From Catajapyx aquilonaris (taxonomy: Eukaryota), in assembly GCA_000934665.2 (NCBI GenBank), contig JYFJ02000689.1:62001-115646 (forward strand): a DNA stretch of 53,646 nucleotides. The letters run 5' to 3'. Shown in pieces: positions 46,270 to 53,646 of the stretch (within the stretch, counting starts at the first letter, position 1; each line of letters starts with the position of its first letter). Below the pieces are notes generated by a model. That model ran no database searches, was not told the DNA's origin, and was given only the letters and a program-made list of their open reading frames with translations. The translations under genes were made by a program, and so were the position numbers.

Positions 46270-49200
46270 AGAGTACAGCCAGCTTCATACATACAGGATG
46301 TATATTATGTAAGGCGGAGAGGCTCGCCAACTCTTGAACAGGAAGGACGTGCCTTTTGGCTCTCAGCTCAGCTGGGTCAGCATAACGAAGATAAGACGAT
46401 AAAATGAGTTCCACTACCCCATTGTCGGTAGAGGCCCTCACACCAATTCTGGAAGAACTCAAGACGTCTCTCATCGCAGAGTTGAGGACCAGCCTGGTTC
46501 AAGACGTTGTGGCCCCCCTATCCAGGAAGGTTGATGGTATAGCAACGCAGATGGCAGTCCTAGAGGAACGGACAAAGTCGAATGGGACTGAAGTAGAAGC
46601 CCTGAAAAACCAGCTGGTGGCAATACAGAACCAGAACAGAGCTGGAGGACCGACTACGCCGTTCCAATTTGGTGTTCTACGGAATCCCGGAAGAACGTGA
46701 AGAAAATTGGGCCGAGGCAGAAAGAAAGGTGATCAAGTGCATCAGGGACTTCCAGCTCAACCACCGATTGACAGAGCGCACAGGGTAGGGGGGAGACGGA
46801 ACCAGATCGGATCCCAGCCCAGACCATTAATTGCGGCATTCACCTACTACAAGGACAAGGAGTTTATCCGCAGAAGTGCCAAGAATCTTGCCGGAACATC
46901 AATCGCAATACGCGATGACTTCAGCTGGGAAACGAGGAGGATACGTAAGAGTCTTCTTCCCCACCTGAAAGCAGCGAAAGAAAAAGGTGACAACGCTTGG
47001 ATTAGTCACGACAAGCTGTGGATCAATGGAACAAGGCAAGTCATCAACGAAGACGGGGTCCCGGTATACCAGGGGGCGCACCCCGCCCATCGTACGCACA
47101 AGCTGCCAGGCAAGATCAGAATGGTAACACGACATCACACCAGCCCAATGCAACTCGCAACGACAAGACTTTTGGAGACCTGGTGTATGAAGAGTAAAGT
47201 GCCATTGGACCAAGAATATGATGACTTTCAAGTGCCTGCACGTAGACAGGCCCATTTTGGACGGGCGGCTGGTGGGCTATGGCTCCGAGTGAGTAAGGTA
47301 TTAAAATGTAAATTGTACGCCTCCAACCCTTGTAGTATATTTATCACAACTGATTTTTTGGAGAAAACTGTGGGGAAAGTGACCATTGGTTTAATTTATT
47401 TACCACCAAATAGTTATTTCAATGAGGAAATTGATAGGGTCTCCGAAATTGTAAGGCAGCTTCCGGTGGACACACATTTGGTCTTAATGGGAGACTTTAA
47501 CGCCAGATTGGGACAAACTGAGAATGTTTGGTTAAATGAAGGAGCACGACAAGTCTCAGTTTTTGACCAAAGTGCTGCATTGGATTCAGTGACTAACAGT
47601 CGTGGAAGACAGTTAAGGAAACTACTCAGTGACCACGCCCTGTTCATTTTGAATGGGGCGGTGGCAACTGATTATCCAGGTAGATTTACGTATTTGTCAT
47701 CCAGGGGTCAAAGCACAATTGATTTCAGGCTGGTTACTCAATCTATGATTCCAATGATTCATTCGTTTGAAGTGACAAGTGTGGTGGGCTCAGATCATTT
47801 GCCAATTGCTCTGGTTTGTAAGTTCGAAAACATAAACCCAACCCAACGTAGACTGGAATCCACCACACAACTCAAAATAGCCATCCCGGAAGGCGCGGGC
47901 TAGATTTTTTAGTTGATCCTATTAATAACTGTCTGTCAAATATACCAATGGAAGTAATATCGTTGGAGGGATTGGCTCTGGAATTCAGCTCAAGGCTCCA
48001 AAGAGTATTGGTTGAAGAAGGGATCTTAAAAATACGAAGGCCATACTGTGGGGGGAAAAAAACCCCAATCCTTTACTTTGGAAAAAACTCGGTAACTTGG
48101 GAATCGGTGGTCGATTTCTTTCCTTGATACAATGTATTTATGCAACAGCCACGATCATAAGTGAAGAGGACATACTTCCGGTTCGAATAACTAAAGGTGT
48201 TTTACAAGGTGATTCACTGTCCCCAATATTATTCAATCTTTTTTTAGCGGACCTGAAGGATAAACTACTAAGTAGTGGCATTCCGGGTGCTAATTTGGGA
48301 CCGAATTCAGAAGATATTCACTTTTTGCAATTTGCTGATATAGTTCTACTAGCTCCGAATGAGTTATATTTAAAGAAAAAAATATTACTTATAAGTTCCT
48401 ATTTGGCCGAGTTAAAACTGATTATAAATGTTAATAAGACGAAAGTAGTGATATTCCGCAAAGGGGGACCGTTAGCAAAAGGAACACATTTCCGTATGAA
48501 TGGTGAATCATTGGAGATAACAGCCCATTACAATTACTTAGGCGTATTATTTTCGAGTTCTGGAAAATTTAAGAAGGCAGCAGCGTCTAGAGTGGACAAA
48601 AGTAAAATGGCAATTGCAGCACTTTGGCCTACCCTCACGAAGTTGAAAGTAAGACACCTTGTAATTGCATTTAAATTATTCGATGCGCGTATCGCCCCCA
48701 TCGCTTTATATAATTCCTTCATATGGGGTCTGGATTATTTGGATACACTTGAACAAGTGCAAATGTATTTCATTAAAAAATTCTTAGTACTCCCCAGCTG
48801 TTCAGCTGGATATTTTGTCAGACTTGAGACTGGGCGCAGGCCATTAGCACTTCGGATAATGAAAAATCTAATTAAATGGTTATTGAAAGTAAAGAAGCTG
48901 CAACCGGACTCACTGACAAAAAGATGTTTCGATTACGAAGTAAATAAATCACCATGTGGAAATTCCAAAAGTTGGATTGGGTTTGTGTCGAGAGAATTCG
49001 AGAAGATGGAAGTGTCCGCCAACAGTTGGTTGGCGGATGAGAACGTTAATTCAATATTGGGTATGCTCACCACATATGCGGACAGTTTAATTCAGAGAGA
49101 TTTCTCAAATTTAAAGAAGTCTAAGAGATATGCACATTATTTTTTAATCAAAGAGTCCCCCAGCAACCCTGTTTTTTGCCTGTTGTTTCCCTTCCTTTCT

Positions 49201-49395
49201 TTATCTTTCTTTTTCACTGCTCAAACTGCATTGTACATTAGGCACACAATTACGATTTGGTTTGTTTTGTTTTTTGAAATTGTTTTGATGTATGTTCAAT
49301 ATTATATTGTAAGTCTCATAGTATTGCAAAGGAAGGCAAGTGCTCTCCGTCAATAGGGGAAAAACCCCAGACGATAATAAAAATTATAAATTAAA
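46270..49395 (+). mobile_element. Degraded non-LTR retrotransposon (RTE-X/CR1-group-like): ORF1, APE endonuclease, truncated RT
   Basis: ORF1 from 46404 (coiled coil, IDRAHRVG...RPLIAAF, IRDDFS); EN motifs GLIYLPP, LMGDFNAR, FTYLSSRGQSTID, GSDHLP; RT motifs KGVLQGDSLSPILF, QFAD-IVL (one Asp missing), YNYLG; N-terminal RT deleted; A/T-rich tail at ~49375. Confidence 0.88.
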
Positions 49396-49678
49396 TTATA
49401 TTATGTAAGGCTGAAATAGTCTGGAAAAAAACATGCTGGGCAACACTTGACCATCTGGGAAACAGACACTATCGGCTGCCGATGCCGGTGCCAAATAGAA
49501 ATCCCCTCCCACGTGTTTAATAGCTGCACGTGTGATACACCTCGCGTGGCGACCTGAAAAATTGGACCGTGCTCTATTCACAAGTTGCCACATGTGCCAC
49601 ATTTTTTCCTCTCGACAAAAGTACACAAAGCAACGAAAACATGCCATTCTAGAAAGGTCCAGAAAAGGACTTGTGTCT

Positions 49679-49775
49679 GCAGCACTGTCTTCGACTGTCT
49701 TCCTACACCTCGCTCCTCCTTATATTGCACATAAGGAGGAGCGAGGTGTAGGAAGACAGTCGAAGACAGTGCTGC
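49679..49775. repeat. Perfect 45-bp inverted repeat with 7-nt loop
   Basis: gcagcactgtcttcgactgtcttcctacacctcgctcctccttat-attgcac-ataaggaggagcgaggtgtaggaagacagtcgaagacagtgctgc. Confidence 0.95.
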
Positions 49776-49922
49776 GGAGTTTTTGATAGTGATACGGATC
49801 TGATACGGACCTTGCGACAACTCCAGGATGCTATTAGGCATATGTGTACCAATGAGATAAGAACAATCACTAATGGTTTTGATGTTATTCAGATATTCCT
49901 CCCTTAATTTTGTTATTAACTG

Positions 49923-50295
49923 TGTAGCGCCAAAACTAGTTGTCTATGGACACTACGACTCTACGATGACCCAGTCCGGGCTTCCGCCGACTGTCCCGTC
50001 GGGATGGTGGAAGCTCTTACAAATACCACTCACATACAACATACGATATATACACTACGACCATAACACACACATACACCAACGCACCGGCGGCGCTCAC
50101 AAGCGGGAGCTGGCCAGGTATAGACACCAGCATATCGACATGTCCCTGTCCAACAATTAAAACAAACAATTCAACATTACACCTACACTCAGGACAGGAC
50201 AAGTCTAGTCAAAACTTATTAAATTAGAGCAGGGCTCAAGAGCTACCTTCCCCTTTGACTACTCAGACCAGACTGACTTGAATTGTCCCGGTGCA
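49923..50295 (-). mobile_element. Putative 3' LTR (~373 bp) of the Gypsy element
   Basis: On the - strand a polypurine tract AAAAAGGGGGC (50296-50306) is followed by TGCACCG...; the segment ends GGCGCTACA (TG..CA with imperfect terminal IR). Confidence 0.7.
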
Positions 50296-51108
50296 GCCCC
50301 CTTTTTATTGAGAACACTGTTTACAAAAATGATGATGAATCGATGGTGATATGTGGGTGAGTGAACAATAAGAAAATAATACAAAATACACTTGGTGAAA
50401 CTATGGTGATATATGTAAGTGTATGAACAATGAGAAATACAGTACAAAATAATGTCTTCTCTCTTTCCTGGGTCTTACAATAGTCCTTCCTCCGGTAGAA
50501 GAACGACCAGTCCTTGACGGACTGTCGTTCCTTCGTCCATCGATGACCCGGAGTCTGTCGTTCCTTCGTCCATCGGTGACCTCGAGTCATCCACCTTTGG
50601 CCATGGCTCATGTCCGAGGATATGAGGTCCCCAGACCGGGTCCATCGGTGTATCGCTCCCTGCCAGTTGATAGCGAAGTCCATCATCCATGGATTCTTTA
50701 TCTGTAATTGCAGCCACTGAAGGTTCCTGCATGGTACCTTGCACGGCAGCGTGATTTCGTGGAGTGCATAGCCATCTGGAGCACTGGTGTTCTCTACTTC
50801 TCTTGTTTCGGCTGGTTGGGAAGGTGATTTCTGGTATTCTCCTGTTGGACTGCAGAGTGCAGACGGAACCAAATGTCTTCTTCTCTTTGTCCTCTTCCCC
50901 CCCCTCGGACGACACCACAGCTTCTTCCCCGGGGCCATTTCAGGAACAAAAATTTTTCTGATGCTGACTGTACGACTTCTAATAACTTAATAAGGAGTGT
51001 TGGTTGTAACCAGGGTGATGTTACAATATGGTAATCAAGTGTTACCAACAAGTACACTGATGACGTATGGATGATATACGAATGATGGAATACAGTTTGA
51101 GTAAAAGT

Positions 51109-53646
51109 TTAAGTAACCAACGGTGTGACCTCAGAGACCGTTGGAAAAGGAGTGGAAGGAAAATACTTCCTCAACCGGTCTCTATGTACCAGTTGTGTTT
51201 TGGGACTGCCCATCTTTTGAATGTCAAATATGACTGGGCTTCTTTGACTTAGAACTCGATAGGGACCATCCCATGGACTAAAAAATTTATTGCTTAGTCC
51301 TACTGGGCATTGTGGTCGATTAAGGAGAACCAAGTCACCTTCTCTTATGTGCCTTGGGCGAACGCCTTTGTCATGTGTCCTCTTTTGCTTCAAAAACGCT
51401 TGGTGTATTTTTTCTTTTACCATTTGATAGGTAGTTTGTAAGGTGGTCGTAATACGATATGCAAAATCGGACATCGAATTGGTGGGTGGACGTCGGATGA
51501 CATCAAAAAATGGGAATATAATGTCTCTCCCATGGTTTAAGAAGAAGGGTGTTTCTCGTATGGACTCATGTATGGCTCCCCTATATGACATTAAGACAAG
51601 GGGGATTTCTCTGCCCCAGTTCATGTGATTTGTGTCTACATAGTAACTTAGCATATCACATAAAGTACGGTTAAATCTTTCTACAAGGCCATTGGCTGCT
51701 GGATGATAGGCTGTCGTTTGCAAAGCTTTTACCCGAAGAAGGGTGTGTATGCCTTCCATAACTTTAGAAGCAAAGTTTCGGCCACGATCTGTTAAAATTT
51801 CATATGGTACCCCATGCCTCGCTATCACTTGGTACACCAACACCTCTGCAACAGTTTCTGCTTTCTGGTCGGGAATGGCAAATGCCTCTGGATATTTCGT
51901 TAAGAAATCTGTTATGACCAATATGTGTCTGTTCCCATTGTGAGTAGTGGGTAGAGGACCAACAAGATCCATAGCAATTCTCTGGAATGGTTGTGACACC
52001 TCTGGGTACTCCTGTAGCGGAGAATCACCTCTTGGTTTTGACTGCTTGCGGCGTTGGCATGCGTCACAAGTTTTGCAGAACTGAATAATATCTCTGACCA
52101 TACCAAGAGAACGACTGCTGTATACGTCCGATCATTTTCTTCACCCTCAGATGTGCGGAATAAGGTGGATTGTGGTTTTGACACAGGACCTTATACACTA
52201 AGGATCTAGGAACGACCAATACGTCACGGCCTTTCTTCCGTACATACATAATGTCATCCTCTATGAAGAAACCTCGATATTTGGGTTGGTCATTAATGAT
52301 GCCGTTTAGAATTTTCTTACACTGAGCATCACGTTCTTGTTCCCAGCGAACCTTGTCTCTATCCCAAATGGCAGAGAAATCCTTAGTGATGGCCTGGATC
52401 GATATACGGCTTAATGCGTCAACATTTGAATGTTGGCGACCAGGTCTGTGTACAATTTCGAAATCGTACTCCTGTAAAGCAAGTGCCCATCTTGCCAAAC
52501 GTGAGGAGGGATCTTTTAAGTTCAATAACCAACGCAATGGAGCATGGTCGGTTATTACAGTGAACTTTCTGCCGTACAGATGACAGCGAAAAGACTTTAT
52601 GCCCCAAACCACTCCGAGACACTCCCTCTCAGTTGTGGAATAATTCCTCTCTGGTTTTGTCAATTGCCTACTGATATATGCTAGAGGATGAATGCCGTCC
52701 TCGAACTTCTGCGACAATGTTGCTCCAATTGCAAAGCCTGAAGCGTCAGTGGACAAAATGAACTCTTTAGAATAATCTGGACACCTGAGAACTGGATAAG
52801 TAGTGAGTGCCTCACGCAAAGTATTGAAGGCTTTTTCTTGTTCTATTCCCCAACTAATAGATTGTTGTCTTTTGCTACTCAGATTTCTCGTGAGTGCTGT
52901 GAGAGGTCTTGCTATGTGAGCAAACCCTTTTACAAACCGCCTGTAAAACCCAGCGAGACCAAGGAATGCTCTAACCTCTTTGACTTTTGTCGGCCGTGGG
53001 TAGTTTTTGATAGCCTCGACCTTCTTTGGGTCAGGTTTAACACCTTCGCTGGAGACAATATGGCCTAGATATTTTACTTCTTTCTTGAGAAAGTGGCACT
53101 TGGTTAGTTTTAATTTCAAGCCAGCTGACCTAATTTTCTGGAAAACTTTAGCCAGCCTGCGGATATGCTCCTCAAGTGTCTGGGAAAAAATAATAATGTC
53201 ATCGAGGTACACTAGACATATTTCGTCTTTCAACCCAGCAAGAGCAGTGTCCATTAACCGTTGAAAGGTACTTGGAGAATTTGCAAGACCAAAGGGCATG
53301 CGCTTAAATTGATACCGATGATTTGGTAATGTAAAAGCAGTTTTCTCCTTATCTTCCTTCCGAACTGGGATTTGCCAGAAGCCAGAGTGTAAGTCTAGAG
53401 AGGTGAAATATTTAGAACCTCCCAGATGATTCAATGTGTCTTCAATTGTTGGTAAGGGATAAATATCTCTCTTCGTCACCTTGTTCAGACGTCGATAATC
53501 AACACAGAATCGAAGAGAACCATCTGGCTTTTGAACGAGAACCACTGGTGCTGCCCATGGTGATGTAGTTGGTTCAATGATGTCTGCCTTTAACATGTCA
53601 CATATGCATTTCTCAACCTCTTTACGTTGAGACTCAGGAACCTTAT
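51109..53646 (-). mobile_element. Ty3/Gypsy pol (RT-RNase H-integrase), one frameshift near 52100; continues past the window edge
   Basis: SPWAAPVVLV, RFCVDYRRLN, LDLHSGFWQI, MPFGL, YLDDII, TDASG, ERNYSTTERE, TDH; integrase CKTCDACQ, IAMDLVGP, LTDRG, TTAYHPAANGLVER, WDGPY. Confidence 0.96.

Noticed and set aside
50321..50938. ORFs between the integrase and the 3' LTR as an env gene
   Set aside because: No signal peptide, furin site or convincing ectodomain; contains short tandem repeats typical of a 3' non-coding region.

Overview
Eukaryotic, arthropod-like genomic DNA with short (~50-60 nt) spliceosomal introns. The left 30 kb is gene-rich: a six-exon secreted Cys-rich Argos-like gene (+) that appears nested in a late intron of the ribosome-maturation GTPase EFL1 (-); an orphan Ser-rich ORF; AK7 (-); a damaged intronless ionotropic receptor (+); a frameshifted LRR fragment; and an intact ATP7-type Cu(I) P1B-ATPase (-). 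Two observations stand out. (1) The sequence just upstream of the ATP7-like start codon is a decayed copy of EFL1 coding exons 1-2, with the same intron and a homologous upstream module, which suggests a chimeric gene that borrowed EFL1's 5' end. (2) 31-49 kb is a patchwork of about 15 short fragments from many transposon superfamilies plus an HDAC fragment, almost all on the + strand, resembling a uni-strand piRNA cluster. A minus-strand Gypsy element with its 3' LTR ends the window. All calls were made by eye from the sequence and recalled family motifs; no database searches were run.
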